This document shows, piece by piece, positions 9,499-19,827 of a stretch of 64,000 nucleotides of DNA. The notes under the pieces were generated by a model, which made no database searches, was not told the DNA's origin, and saw nothing but the letters and a program-made list of their open reading frames with translations. The stretch spans positions 11,966-75,965 of the forward strand of contig JAYEFY010000020.1 of assembly GCA_034658815.1 (NCBI GenBank). The letters run 5' to 3'. A program made the translations under genes and the position numbers. Source of the DNA: Patescibacteria group bacterium. Lineage in GTDB: Bacteria; Patescibacteriota; Minisyncoccia; Moranbacterales; DUUL01. Position 1 is the first letter of the stretch, and each line of letters begins with the position of its first letter.

Positions 9499-10965
9499 TT
9501 AGAGTTCTCCTTTGAGCAATTTGTTGAGCTTCTCTTTTACTTCATCTTCCGTCGGCTCGCGTTCAATATCGTTTCTCTCCGGTTGTATCTGAAAATCATT
9601 TGCAGCAATATTTTCTCGAATTATTTTATCTACTTCATTTGACGGAATATACTGTTCTTTTTCAGTAGAAACATCGCTTGGCTCTTCAATATATTTAATC
9701 GGCGGCGTCTCTTTAGCTTTTGGCGTTATTTTTTGATCAACGTCGGCCATAAATATCGGAAGATTCTTTGGAGCAACCGCTCTTTTTTGCTTTTTTTTAT
9801 CGTCAAAGCTCTCCTTTTTTTCTCTTTTTTCCGGCATTGTTATCTTTCGAACACTTTCAGCTACAGGCAAGATCGGTTCCCCGAATTCCCGATGATGAGT
9901 TGTCCTGACAGCTTTGATATCTCTAAATTTCTTGTCAGCAAAAATTGACCTGCCATACAACCTTGAAATAACTCCCTTTCCGCGTGATTGAGCCTTTTCA
10001 AACACTCTTTTATCCTTAACAAAAAGCGCTTCTTCTTTCTGATCTTCTTTCTTTAGAGCAATATTCCTTTCAAATTCGTCCTTATTGATCATTGACCCCT
10101 CTAGATCAGGAACATCCGTTGATATCTTACTGGGAATTTTTGTATCAGACCGGGCTGTGCTTGTTGGCAATATTTTCCTACTTTTTTCCTGCGGCTTTGA
10201 AACGCTTTTTTGTTCGCTTACCGCCTGCTCCGCCGTAAACAGGCTATCCTCTTCAAATTCGTATGCCAATTCACCTTTTTCTTTCCTTTTTTCAAGCTGC
10301 CGCTTAAGCTGGCTCTTGACAAGCCCGCCGATCACGCTCTTTTTTTTCACAACTCGCAGATCAAAAGATCCGTAAGAAATCGCAACAATAATCGACCCGA
10401 CAAAACCGATTATTAAACCCAGTACCGTGTTAAGAAGAATATTGGGAGAAACCGGCAAGCTGGAGGTAATCGGCCCGTCAATGAGCTTCGGTTCGATCAC
10501 TTCTTTTCTGCCATGGTATTTCTGCCCATTTTCTGAAAAATTTCGGGCGATTGCCCGGGCAATCTTTCTTGATTCGATCATGGATTCATCAAACACGCTA
10601 ATTTTCAGTATGCCTGCTCCGCTTATCTTTTCAACTTGAACTTCTTTTTCCCACTGCTTCTTTCTCTCCCCCGGATCATCTGAAAACTTCTTTTCTATTT
10701 CAAGAGAAGAATCCAGGATATCATCAAGAAACAGTTCAGTGAAAATAACTTGTGAAAAAATCTCACTAAGATATTCCACTGATCTGGATGCCGATGCAGT
10801 ATTGGCTTCTTTTTGAATAAAAAGAATTGTAATATCAGATCGATATTTTGGCGGAATCAGCGTGGACACAAAAAACGCGCAAGATCCCGCAACAAATGTT
10901 ATGTACAGGATAAGCTGCCATTTCCTAAATATTTTTGATAGTATTTCTCTCATTTTTTCGTTCAA
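9499..10965 (-). CDS. Wzz-like chain-length determinant with a long charged cytoplasmic tail
   Basis: PPKYRSDITIL, PVSPNILLNTVLGLIIG; about 290-aa low-complexity tail ending EPTEDEVKEKLNKLLKGEL. Confidence 0.8.
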   Translation of the reverse strand: MNEKMREILSKIFRKWQLILYITFVAGSCAFFVSTLIPPKYRSDITILFIQKEANTASASRSVEYLSEIFSQVIFTELFLDDILDSSLEIEKKFSDDPGERKKQWEKEVQVEKISGAGILKISVFDESMIESRKIARAIARNFSENGQKYHGRKEVIEPKLIDGPITSSLPVSPNILLNTVLGLIIGFVGSIIVAISYGSFDLRVVKKKSVIGGLVKSQLKRQLEKRKEKGELAYEFEEDSLFTAEQAVSEQKSVSKPQEKSRKILPTSTARSDTKIPSKISTDVPDLEGSMINKDEFERNIALKKEDQKEEALFVKDKRVFEKAQSRGKGVISRLYGRSIFADKKFRDIKAVRTTHHREFGEPILPVAESVRKITMPEKREKKESFDDKKKQKRAVAPKNLPIFMADVDQKITPKAKETPPIKYIEEPSDVSTEKEQYIPSNEVDKIIRENIAANDFQIQPERNDIEREPTEDEVKEKLNKLLKGEL

Positions 10966-11126
10966 TATATAAAACTGTGCTTATTTTTTACTAAATTTGC
11001 AGAAAAACAGCGAACATATATTTGTATAACAATAGAGTTAATTTGTCAAGCAAATTAGGAAAATTGAGGAAAAAAGAGGTCAGATACCTTTTTCTTTTTT
11101 TTCTTTTTTTAAAATATTGCTTCCCT

Positions 11127-11270
11127 TGCGCTGGTGCGAGTTTGTCTGTCCGTATAGAAATCGAACGGCACTTGGGCAGACAAACTCGCACCAGCACAAT
11201 TAGGTTTGACTGAGTCAAATATGCTATATGACAGAAACTTGCGATCGACAATATCCGTCATATAGTATTC
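11127..11270. ncRNA. Candidate structured RNA or palindromic element
   Basis: 25-bp stem (23/25 Watson-Crick) at 11127-11198, then two further hairpins; intergenic. Confidence 0.35.
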
Positions 11271-11297
11271 GCGCAATAAAATACAAAGCATTTATTT

Positions 11298-11330
11298 AAA
11301 AACCCTTGCCTTAAACGACAAAGGGGTTTT
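11298..11330 (-). terminator. Putative terminator after the degenerate HtrA gene
   Basis: AAAACCCTT...AAAGGGGTTTT stem with a T-run on the minus strand. Confidence 0.5.
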
Positions 11331-11354
11331 GGGGTAATTTCTTTTGCTGAGTTA

Positions 11355-12572
11355 TTATTTCAATATAACCTTAAGAGACTTTATTTCCCCGTTCCTCATT
11401 ATTGTCAGCATAATTTTATCGTCTGCTTGATATTTAGAGATCATCTGCGATAATGGAACATCAAGTGTTATCTCTTTACTGTCCACTGAAAGCACAATAT
11501 CTCCCAATTGCAATCCTGCGATATCAGCCGCGGATCCTTTTTTTACCGCGAGTCCTCGCTGACCGCTAAAAGAATATATCAATGCTCCTTTGTTGACCAT
11601 GAGATGGTTAAGCAATGCGATCTCTCTATTTATGGAAAGATAGTACGCGCCAAGAACGCCGTGAGGATTTCTCTGCCCTTGGATAGCTCTTTCGATTGTG
11701 AATCTAAGCCTGTTAATTGGAATCATGAACCCAATATTTTCACCATCTTTAGTAATGTAACGTGCAATGCCAACAACTGTCCCGTTAAAATCAACTATTG
11801 GTCCTCCCATATTTTTTTCATTGATCAGCGCGTCACACATTATCGCCCCTTCCATCTTTTCCGAAGATGAGAGTTCTGAATTTAACAAAGAAAATCGTTT
11901 GTTTTTTTCATTTATTACTCCAAGAGAAAAAGTGTTCTGGTATTCACCGGCAGCGTTTCCAATAATGATGATCTTTTCGCCGGTTTCAAGTTCATCTGAA
12001 TTTCCAAACTGCGCCGCGGGTAAATTCGCTGCCTCCATTTTGTAAAACTCAACCTCGGCATATTGGTCAACAAATATTTTTTTCGCTTCAAATTCTTTTC
12101 CACTTGAGGTGAATATCTTATATCTTTTTGAAGTATTTAATTCTAAGAGTGGGCTGTCTTCTTCAAAAACATCAGCATTATTTCTTATCACACTCATAAT
12201 AAGTCCGTCTCCGGTAAGTATAATTCCTGTTTTTATATGACTCTGGATGTCGCTGCTTGTTTTGATCTCATTTTCTTTTTGAACATCTTTTTCATCAGCA
12301 TATTCAACTATACTGACAACAACAGGTAAAACGTTTTGTGATGTGTTTGTAACTGAAAAATTTTCGTGCACAGTCACTTGTTCTGTTTTATTGATCACAG
12401 TAATTCTTTCGTTCGCTTTTTGAAGAATTGGAAAACGTTCCAGACATTTAAAAGACGAAAGCCATGGAACAATATTCCTTTCCATTGTAACTCCTGAAAC
12501 TCCTCCAATCACAGCGATAACAAAAACTATGGATAAAATTTTAATGATCTTCTTTATGATCTTCTTTAGCAT
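11355..12572 (-). CDS. HtrA/DegP-like trypsin + PDZ protein with a degenerate active site
   Basis: N-terminal TM, trypsin-like and PDZ domains; NEKNMGGP replaces NPGNSGGP. Confidence 0.85.
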   Translation of the reverse strand: MLKKIIKKIIKILSIVFVIAVIGGVSGVTMERNIVPWLSSFKCLERFPILQKANERITVINKTEQVTVHENFSVTNTSQNVLPVVVSIVEYADEKDVQKENEIKTSSDIQSHIKTGIILTGDGLIMSVIRNNADVFEEDSPLLELNTSKRYKIFTSSGKEFEAKKIFVDQYAEVEFYKMEAANLPAAQFGNSDELETGEKIIIIGNAAGEYQNTFSLGVINEKNKRFSLLNSELSSSEKMEGAIMCDALINEKNMGGPIVDFNGTVVGIARYITKDGENIGFMIPINRLRFTIERAIQGQRNPHGVLGAYYLSINREIALLNHLMVNKGALIYSFSGQRGLAVKKGSAADIAGLQLGDIVLSVDSKEITLDVPLSQMISKYQADDKIMLTIMRNGEIKSLKVILK

Positions 12573-12639
12573 ATGGTTTAAGATTTTAAAACTCAACCGA
12601 GAGGCCTGCTTTAAAAAAATTAATTTAGAAGCAATCCCT

Positions 12640-12763
12640 TAGAGCCTGTTTGAAAACCCTCTTCCGTTGCAATCCCGCCTAAGTGCTCGGAACAGCCAAA
12701 ATATGCTTGTCCTCCTCTGGAGGAGAAATTGCAGCAGGATATGGGGTTTTTAAACAAGCTCTT
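12640..12763. mobile_element. MITE, family B
   Basis: TAGAGCCTGTTTGAAAACCCT...GGGGTTTTTAAACAAGCTCTT; includes a TCCTCCTCTGGAGGA insert absent from the 8627 copy. Confidence 0.8.
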
Positions 12764-12766
12764 AAT

Positions 12767-13594
12767 TCATACAACCAAATCCCATTGGGCTGTGAATAAA
12801 ATGCTCGCGACAGCAAGCGTAGAGAAAACAACATTGAACGCCATAGCCTTCAGCGTAAAAGTCCTTTGAATATACATTCTTACGGCATTCCAAAAAACGA
12901 AGTAAATTATAAGGGCAATAACACCTGTTGTCAAATATGCAAATGGCCATAATGACAACCCCCAAATCACTTCGCCCATCACAAGTGAGAGAATAAGACT
13001 GAGAAATAAAATGGTTTTTCTTTCTCGCTGGCTGTATTCCACTGCTTCCAATGCTTCTCCATTTACCAAATTGCTTCGCCGTTTTTTCGATCGTTGCCTG
13101 ATCTTAGAACACGCAATTTGGCAGATCATAAGCGATGGCAGTCCGATAAGAAATGTTGAACCGATAAAAGTCAGGACAAGAACCCATGCGCTTATTTGAA
13201 AATTCAGATACCATCCATAATTTGACACAAACCAAAAAAATCCCGTCGCTAATGTTGCAAGATTTATCATTCCTTGCGCTGTCTGGTCGCAATCATAAAA
13301 TTTTAATCGATAAGCGCCGAGTAACGCCAGATAATAGACAAATGAAGACAGCGCAATAAAGACTTGTTTTTCGATCAAATTGTCAATTAAAAAAAGAAGG
13401 CTGAGTGAGCCAATGCTAAGAAAGAAAGGGATGGCTAAAAACCGTATTTTTCTTGCCAGCGGCCACACTATTAATACTGAAAAACACACAAGAAAAATAA
13501 GAACGGCAAAAAACCAGTGCTGTTGGAATATTGACACCTCCAAAGCACAAGCAAAAATAATACTGAGAAGAATTGAATTAAGCTTAAAAAGCAT
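12767..13594 (-). CDS. Hypothetical polytopic membrane protein
   Basis: About 8-9 hydrophobic segments; directly downstream of clpB. Confidence 0.75.
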   Translation of the reverse strand: MLFKLNSILLSIIFACALEVSIFQQHWFFAVLIFLVCFSVLIVWPLARKIRFLAIPFFLSIGSLSLLFLIDNLIEKQVFIALSSFVYYLALLGAYRLKFYDCDQTAQGMINLATLATGFFWFVSNYGWYLNFQISAWVLVLTFIGSTFLIGLPSLMICQIACSKIRQRSKKRRSNLVNGEALEAVEYSQRERKTILFLSLILSLVMGEVIWGLSLWPFAYLTTGVIALIIYFVFWNAVRMYIQRTFTLKAMAFNVVFSTLAVASILFTAQWDLVV

Positions 13595-13668
13595 TTTTTG
13601 ACAGCTTCGTTTTTATTACTACTCAAGGCCTGCTTGAAAAGTTCGCTTTCTGTTGCAAATCCAAAATT

Positions 13669-16311
13669 TCATCTGAGAGATTTTTCAAGCAGGCTCTTCG
13701 AGAATGTTATCTCACCCTTTTCTACATCAACTTTAGCTTTTCCCTTTTTTATAGAACCATCGATAATTTTCATGGCAAGCGGATCAAGAATATGACTTTG
13801 GATAACACGTTTAAGCGACCGGGCGCCATAAACAGGATCATAACCATGCGTTAAAAGATATTCTTTGGCCTTTTTAGTCAATAACAGTTCTATTCTCTTA
13901 CTGGAAAGCCTTTTATTAACACGAGCAACCTGTAAGTCAATAATATCTTTAATATCTTTTTCACTCAATGAACGAAAAATAATAATTTCGTCAAATCTGT
14001 TGAGAAATTCCGGCCGGAATTTTTTTTGTAAGGCGTCAAGCACTTTTTTCCTCATTTCGTTCTCATCGATTATCTCTTCTTTTTTCTTCCTGTTGGTAAA
14101 TCCAAGTTCGCCAGCTTGGGAAATGATATCGCTTCCAACATTGGATGTCATTATTATCACTGTATTTCTAAAGCTTACTGCTCTGCCTTTCGCGTCCGTG
14201 AGCCGTCCGTCATCAAGTATTTGTAGCATAATATTGAAAACTTCAGGATGAGCTTTTTCAATTTCATCAAATAAAATAACGCTGTAAGGGCGCCTGCGCA
14301 CCTTTTCCGTTAATTGCCCTCCTTCATCGTACCCGACATATCCCGGAGGGGAACCGATAAACTTTGCGACGCTGTGAGATTCCATGTATTCGCTCATATC
14401 AACACGCACCATCGCATCTTCATCATTGAACAAAAATTCTGCCAGCGCTTTCCCAAGTTCTGTTTTTCCAACACCAGTGGGCCCAAGAAAAATAAAAGAT
14501 CCGATCGGATGATTTTCTTCGGAAATACCGGCTCTGCTGCGGCGCAATGCATTGGCAACAACTCTGATCGCGTCTTCCTGCCCAATAACTCTTTTAGCCA
14601 GCATCTCTTCGGCATGCATAAACTTTTCCGCTTCTTCTTCAAGCATTTTTTCAACCGGTATGCCTGTCCAGCGTGATACTACCTTTGCGATATCTTCCTC
14701 CGTAACTTCTTCTTTTAATATTGATGTCTCACTCTGAACATTCTTGAGTTTTTGATTCTCCTGTTTGATTATTTTTTCCAATTCAGGGACTTTGCCGTAA
14801 CGTATCTCGGCTACCTTATCAAGCAGCCCTTCTCGTTCTAATTTCTCCGCATCGCCTTTCAATTCATCAATTTCTTTCTTATATTTTCTAATGTTGGTAA
14901 TGATATCTTTTTCGGACATCCACTGCACTTTCAATTGTTTAAGCCGATCATTGATTTGGGCTTTTTCCTTTCTCATTTCTTCAAGCTTCTTTTTCGCGCC
15001 GCCATCTTTTTCCTTTTCAAGAGCCTTTTCCTCAATCTCCATTTTTCTTACTTTTCTTTCAAGCTGATCTATTTCTGTCGGCATTGACTCGATTTCCATT
15101 CTTAAAGATGATGTCGCTTCATCAACCAGATCAATGGCTTTATCGGGAAGAAACCTGTCAGTTATATATTTGGTTGATAATTTTACTGCGGCTACAATTG
15201 CTTCGTCGGTAATCTTTACACCATGATGAAGCTCGTATTTTTCTTTAATGCCTCTCAATATTGAGATTGTGTCTTCTTCGGTCGGTTCTCCGATAAAGAT
15301 CGGCTGGAATCTTCTTTCTAAAGCCGCGTCTTTTTCAATGTATTTTTGGTACTCTTTCAGCGTCGTCGCGCCAATTGTCAATAGCTTCCCGCGAGCCAAT
15401 GCCGGTTTAAGCATATTTGACGCGTCCATTGCTCCTTCAGCTGCCCCAGCTCCCACAAGAGTATGTAATTCGTCGATAAATATAATGTACTTCCCTTCAG
15501 AACTTTCAATTTCTTTGATGACCGCCTTAAGGCGATCCTCAAATTCTCCGCGAAATTTTGCTCCGGCAATAAGAGAGCCAAGATCAAGCAGAACTAACTC
15601 CTTATTTTTTAAATTCTCCGGAACATCGCCATTCGCAATACGTTGCGCGAGTCCTTCAGCAATAGCCGTTTTTCCCGTCCCCGGCTCGCCTAAAAGCACA
15701 GGATTATTTTTTGTTCTTCGCGATAAAACTTGCATTAGCCGACGGATTTCTTCATCTCTCCCAACTACCGGATCCAGCAATCCTTCTTCCGCTTGTTTTG
15801 TAAGATTGATCGTGTATTTTTCCAATACCTGAAATTTTGACTCCGGGTTCGGAGAATCTACCTTTTGAGATCCTCTAATCTCCTTCAATATCTTGAGTAC
15901 TTCCGACTCATTTATGTTGTATCGATTCAATACATCACAAGCTTCTTTTGAACTCTTCATGATCCCCAAAAAAAGATGTTCAGTTGAAATATATTCATCT
16001 CCGGTTCGCGAGGCTTCTTCGGCAGATTCATTAAACACTCTTAACAAATTGCCGGTAACGTAAATATCTCCGACAGTTCCGGATATTTGTGTTTTTGGAA
16101 CTTTCTCTATTTCTTTTCCAACATCTCGTTCAAGCGACTCTGTATCAATTTGGAGTTTTGAAAGCATTGCCGGAACAATGGAGTCTTCCTGTGAGATCAA
16201 AACATGCAATAAGTGCCACACATTAAACTGCTGGTGTTTTTTCTCAAACGCGAATTCTTGCGACCGTTTAACCGCTTCCTGCGATTTAATTGTAAATTTA
16301 CTAAAATCCAT
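13669..16311 (-). CDS. clpB: ATP-dependent chaperone ClpB
   Basis: Two AAA+ modules ([16 protein letters not shown]), long middle coiled coil, 880 aa. Confidence 0.95.
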   Translation of the reverse strand: MDFSKFTIKSQEAVKRSQEFAFEKKHQQFNVWHLLHVLISQEDSIVPAMLSKLQIDTESLERDVGKEIEKVPKTQISGTVGDIYVTGNLLRVFNESAEEASRTGDEYISTEHLFLGIMKSSKEACDVLNRYNINESEVLKILKEIRGSQKVDSPNPESKFQVLEKYTINLTKQAEEGLLDPVVGRDEEIRRLMQVLSRRTKNNPVLLGEPGTGKTAIAEGLAQRIANGDVPENLKNKELVLLDLGSLIAGAKFRGEFEDRLKAVIKEIESSEGKYIIFIDELHTLVGAGAAEGAMDASNMLKPALARGKLLTIGATTLKEYQKYIEKDAALERRFQPIFIGEPTEEDTISILRGIKEKYELHHGVKITDEAIVAAVKLSTKYITDRFLPDKAIDLVDEATSSLRMEIESMPTEIDQLERKVRKMEIEEKALEKEKDGGAKKKLEEMRKEKAQINDRLKQLKVQWMSEKDIITNIRKYKKEIDELKGDAEKLEREGLLDKVAEIRYGKVPELEKIIKQENQKLKNVQSETSILKEEVTEEDIAKVVSRWTGIPVEKMLEEEAEKFMHAEEMLAKRVIGQEDAIRVVANALRRSRAGISEENHPIGSFIFLGPTGVGKTELGKALAEFLFNDEDAMVRVDMSEYMESHSVAKFIGSPPGYVGYDEGGQLTEKVRRRPYSVILFDEIEKAHPEVFNIMLQILDDGRLTDAKGRAVSFRNTVIIMTSNVGSDIISQAGELGFTNRKKKEEIIDENEMRKKVLDALQKKFRPEFLNRFDEIIIFRSLSEKDIKDIIDLQVARVNKRLSSKRIELLLTKKAKEYLLTHGYDPVYGARSLKRVIQSHILDPLAMKIIDGSIKKGKAKVDVEKGEITFSKSLLEKSLR

Positions 16312-16414
16312 GATATAAAAAACAATTATTACTTTTTCGCTGTGAACCGCCAGATTGTTAAACGGGATAAAATTCCTGTGAGTTCAATGGCTCTTGCCTT
16401 GAACCTGATAATTC

Positions 16415-17740
16415 CTAACGATTTTGCCCCGCCTCTTCAAGTTTTACAGTTATCATTTTTTCGTTTCCTTTGCTCCAAACTTTCATGGTAACATTATCAC
16501 CAACCATCTTACGCTTTATAATTCTCGATAGATCGTTATCTTGAGTCACTTTTCTTCCATCTATCTCGAGTATTATATCATTTTCAACCAGCCCGGCCTT
16601 ATCAGCAGGACTTCCGGGAACAACCGCGAGATCAGAAATGCGTCTTCCCCGAATAATAAGCGCTCCATAATCAAACTGAAGATCATTTTCCTCCTGAATT
16701 TGCTTATTAACAAGTATATATCGAACACCAATATAAGGACGCATTATCCTGCCCGTATCTTTGACGCTTTGATAAATTTTCTTTACTTCGTTGATTGGGA
16801 TCGCGAAACCAATATTTTCAGCTCCTTGCGCCATAGCAACATTCACTCCAATTGCTTGTCCCTGTAAATTAATGATCGGTCCGCCGGAATTTCCCGGATT
16901 TATTGCCGCGTCAGTCTGTATCATTTCATCAAGCAGTTCCGACTTTCCTCTTCCGTCACCGGCGCTTATACTTCTTTTTAGTCCGGAAATTATTCCCTTT
17001 GAAACAGTGTTGCGAAATTCACCAAGAGAATTTCCTATCACTACAACTGTTTGTCCGATTTTTAAACTATCGGAATTACCAAGCTTAATTACCGGAAATT
17101 TTTCGTCGCTTTCGATCTTTATAATCGCCAGATCCATAAAGGAATCCCTCGCAAGAACAGTTGCATTGTATTTTGTTCCATCGTTTATGATAACCGTGTA
17201 TTCCGCTTCCTCATCTTCAACAACATGCCTGTTTGTTATAATAAATCCATCTTCCCCGATAATAAAGCCTGTTCCTCCCCCTATTTCTCTTTTTTCGGTC
17301 TCAGGCTCTTCCCGTGGAACCTCTCTAAATCCAAAAGGGTTAAAAAAGGGATCATTAGCAAAAGGATCTATAAAATAACTGTCCAGCTTTGGAACATCTT
17401 TTGTGACAATAACGCTTACTACCGCAGGCGATGCCTTTTCGACAACATTAATAATGGCCGATTCCTCTTCAATGACACTGACTGCTCCATTACTCTTAAT
17501 TACTTTTCCGGCGCCGGCATCATTAGCTGTTTCGATACTTCGCTGCTGCTCAATGATCTTGTGTATTTCTTTATTACTGGTTTCGCTTACCGCGAATCCG
17601 GCAATCGCACCCATGATGCCGCTTACAATAATGCTGGCTGCAATTGCGGAAGCTAATGTTTTGCTGTAATGTTTTTTGGCTTCATGTTCAACCATTCCAG
17701 TTTTTTCGATTATTTTATCGTTTTGGTCTGTTTCTTTCAT
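16415..17740 (-). CDS. htrA: HtrA/DegP serine protease with PDZ domain
   Basis: TNRHVV, DLAII and AINPGNSGGP triad motifs intact. Confidence 0.92.
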   Translation of the reverse strand: MKETDQNDKIIEKTGMVEHEAKKHYSKTLASAIAASIIVSGIMGAIAGFAVSETSNKEIHKIIEQQRSIETANDAGAGKVIKSNGAVSVIEEESAIINVVEKASPAVVSVIVTKDVPKLDSYFIDPFANDPFFNPFGFREVPREEPETEKREIGGGTGFIIGEDGFIITNRHVVEDEEAEYTVIINDGTKYNATVLARDSFMDLAIIKIESDEKFPVIKLGNSDSLKIGQTVVVIGNSLGEFRNTVSKGIISGLKRSISAGDGRGKSELLDEMIQTDAAINPGNSGGPIINLQGQAIGVNVAMAQGAENIGFAIPINEVKKIYQSVKDTGRIMRPYIGVRYILVNKQIQEENDLQFDYGALIIRGRRISDLAVVPGSPADKAGLVENDIILEIDGRKVTQDNDLSRIIKRKMVGDNVTMKVWSKGNEKMITVKLEEAGQNR

Positions 17741-17848
17741 AAATAAAACTAAAAATTAGGCAGGGTAAACAAATACTAAGGCAAATAAAGACAGTCCGGT
17801 ATTTGCTATACGCTATACAGTACGCTAACTGAAGAACTTTGTTTCAAA

Positions 17849-18028
17849 TTATTCTTTGATTACTATCGCGCCAACCGGACAACTTTGTACTATCTCCTTT
17901 GCGTCATAGTTCAAATATTCATCATTTACGACAATCGCAACTTCATTTTCTATTTTAAAACAATCCGGATACAATCCTTCGCATGTTCCGCATCCGATGC
18001 ATTTATCTTTATCAATTATTACTTTCAT
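17849..18028 (-). CDS. Ferredoxin, 59 aa, single Fe-S cluster
   Basis: Translated by hand: MKVIIDKDKCIGCGTCEGLYPDCF...SCPVGAIVIKE (CxxCxxC...CP). Confidence 0.9.
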   Translation of the reverse strand: MKVIIDKDKCIGCGTCEGLYPDCFKIENEVAIVVNDEYLNYDAKEIVQSCPVGAIVIKE

Positions 18029-18090
18029 GAGATTTCTGTTTAGTACTTAGTAGTATTTGCTCTCTACTGGGGCTGTTTCCAAGCTAACTC

Positions 18091-19392
18091 CTACTGAAAA
18101 TTGCCTAAACTTGGATCACCCTCGGAATTCATCCGAATTTTTCTCTCGATTTTTTTCATTTTTTGATCGCGAAATTCTATTTCTCCCTGTTGCGGATTCC
18201 AAACGTAATCCTTCATAAGAACAATTACCGGCATTTGTTTTTTCTGCTCAAGTATCCAGTCAAGAAACGTCGTTCCATGAACATAGATCTGGCGAATCTT
18301 CACTTCTTTGATCGTTTTAGCCGCGTCTTTTCCAGAGCTTTCCACTGATTCACCGTCTGTAATAATTTTTCGCTCTCTCGTTTCCTGAACCTGAACAATA
18401 TGAAATCCAATCGGACTAACGATTACATCTGATATTTCACCAGTGTTCATCGCAAACACAACATCAGCGACTTCAGGTATTAATTGATGATATCTAAACC
18501 ATCCCAGTTCTCCATCACTTTGCGCGCTTTCTCCCTCTGAATATGTTTTAACGACATCGACAAAATTTGACCCGGCATCATTAAGTTCTTCACTTGCTTC
18601 AACGCACTTTTTGTATCCCTCCTGCTCTGTTATCTCAAAAATATACGCGCCAAAAAGGCGTTTTAAGTATATTTGATAGATAACGACATTATCCCGAAAA
18701 TCACTAATATTCCAGCCGTATAACGACTTTAGGCTCAATTCTAATGATCTTTTAGTTCCGTATTCCGCTATTTTTTCATCAAGTTTTTTTTGCGCCTCTT
18801 TTCGTGTGATGGCAATTCCTTTATCACGGGCAAGCTCCTCAACTATCTTATTTTCAACAAGCTTGTTAAATACATCTTTTTCTTTTATTTTCAGCCGCAT
18901 TTTTCCTTCTTTCGTCGTAAAATCAACCCGAAAGCCCTTAGACGTAAGATCCTGACTCTCGTAGAACATCTGAACAGCATCGGTACTTTGTATTAAACTT
19001 GCCGATGTGATCACAGAGCGTGATCTTCCAACGACCGCTACCGGATATGGAACATTTTTAAATACCGGGCGAGTGTATGTTTCCAATGGCGAGTAAAAAT
19101 ACAAGCTAAAGGCTGTTACAACAATCAAAGCCAATAATAATATTGCAACTATTAAAAACTTTCTGAACAAAGATTTGATGTCTTTTTCTTTTTTGCCGGA
19201 TCGTTTTTTGCCTTTGTCAGGGTATTTTTCTTTCTCCTGCTTGGTCTTTTTCTCCTTGTCAGGGTATTTTTCTTTCTCCTGCTTGGTCTTTTTCTCCTTG
19301 TCAGGATTTTTCCCTTTCTCCTGTTCGATCTTTTCCTCTTTTTCCTCTTTTTTCTCTTTTTTTACCACTGGTTTTTCAGGGATTATTGCCAA
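18091..19392 (-). CDS. PrsA/SurA-like parvulin peptidyl-prolyl isomerase; start uncertain
   Basis: TM anchor, SurA-N-like helices, YSEG...DGELGWF...SPIGFHIVQV. Confidence 0.85.
   Translation of the reverse strand: MAIIPEKPVVKKEKKEEKEEKIEQEKGKNPDKEKKTKQEKEKYPDKEKKTKQEKEKYPDKGKKRSGKKEKDIKSLFRKFLIVAILLLALIVVTAFSLYFYSPLETYTRPVFKNVPYPVAVVGRSRSVITSASLIQSTDAVQMFYESQDLTSKGFRVDFTTKEGKMRLKIKEKDVFNKLVENKIVEELARDKGIAITRKEAQKKLDEKIAEYGTKRSLELSLKSLYGWNISDFRDNVVIYQIYLKRLFGAYIFEITEQEGYKKCVEASEELNDAGSNFVDVVKTYSEGESAQSDGELGWFRYHQLIPEVADVVFAMNTGEISDVIVSPIGFHIVQVQETRERKIITDGESVESSGKDAAKTIKEVKIRQIYVHGTTFLDWILEQKKQMPVIVLMKDYVWNPQQGEIEFRDQKMKKIERKIRMNSEGDPSLGNFQ
19212..19325 (-). repeat. In-frame 42-bp tandem repeat, about 2.7 copies
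   Basis: Encodes the 14-aa unit (Y/N)PDKEKKTKQEKEK. Confidence 0.85.
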
Positions 19393-19510
19393 ACTATCTT
19401 CCCTGCCTCATCAGCAGGCAGGCTACCTACCGCTTGCGAGGGGCAAGGCGTTGGTTCTGCCTAGATGAGATTAGGAAATTTTTAGCAGAAGTTAGTTTGG
19501 TAACAGTTCC
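19379..19510. mobile_element. Family-A MITE overlapping the 5' end of the PPIase ORF
   Basis: GGGATTATTGCCAAACTATCTTC...GAAGTTAGTTTGGTAACAGTTCC with internal CCTGCC/GCAGGCAGG. Confidence 0.75.
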
Positions 19511-19728
19511 TTTTATTATAAATCACGCTCAAAGCATATCATATGATCCGCCTTGAATCAATCGGAAGTGATCTTAGAGCCTGTCTAAAAAGTCCATATT
19601 CTGCTGTAAATTTCAGATTCCGGCCGCAAATTGTTGATCTCATTTGGCTCATTAAAGCATTGCTTTTTTTGTCAATAATACCAATATATCAATAACGCAG
19701 CCTATATGAATCACGGACTGCTTTTTTT

Positions 19729-19826
19729 ATCCCACACTTTGCCAGAATACTCCGTTGCTTGCAACGGGGATGAATGGCTACGTAAATCCTTAAGGGGCTT
19801 AGCATCCCGTTTTGTAAGGTGTGGGA
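19729..19826. mobile_element. Palindromic element containing an IS200/IS605-end-like hairpin
   Basis: TCCCACACTTTGC...GTAAGGTGTGGGA encloses CTCCGTTGC-TT-GCAACGGGG followed by ATGAATGG. Confidence 0.45.
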
Positions 19827-19827
19827 T

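Noticed and set aside
11127-11198. 72-nt structured stretch as tRNA or SRP RNA
   Set aside because: It is a single long hairpin with no cloverleaf or TTC loop and no SRP domain IV motif
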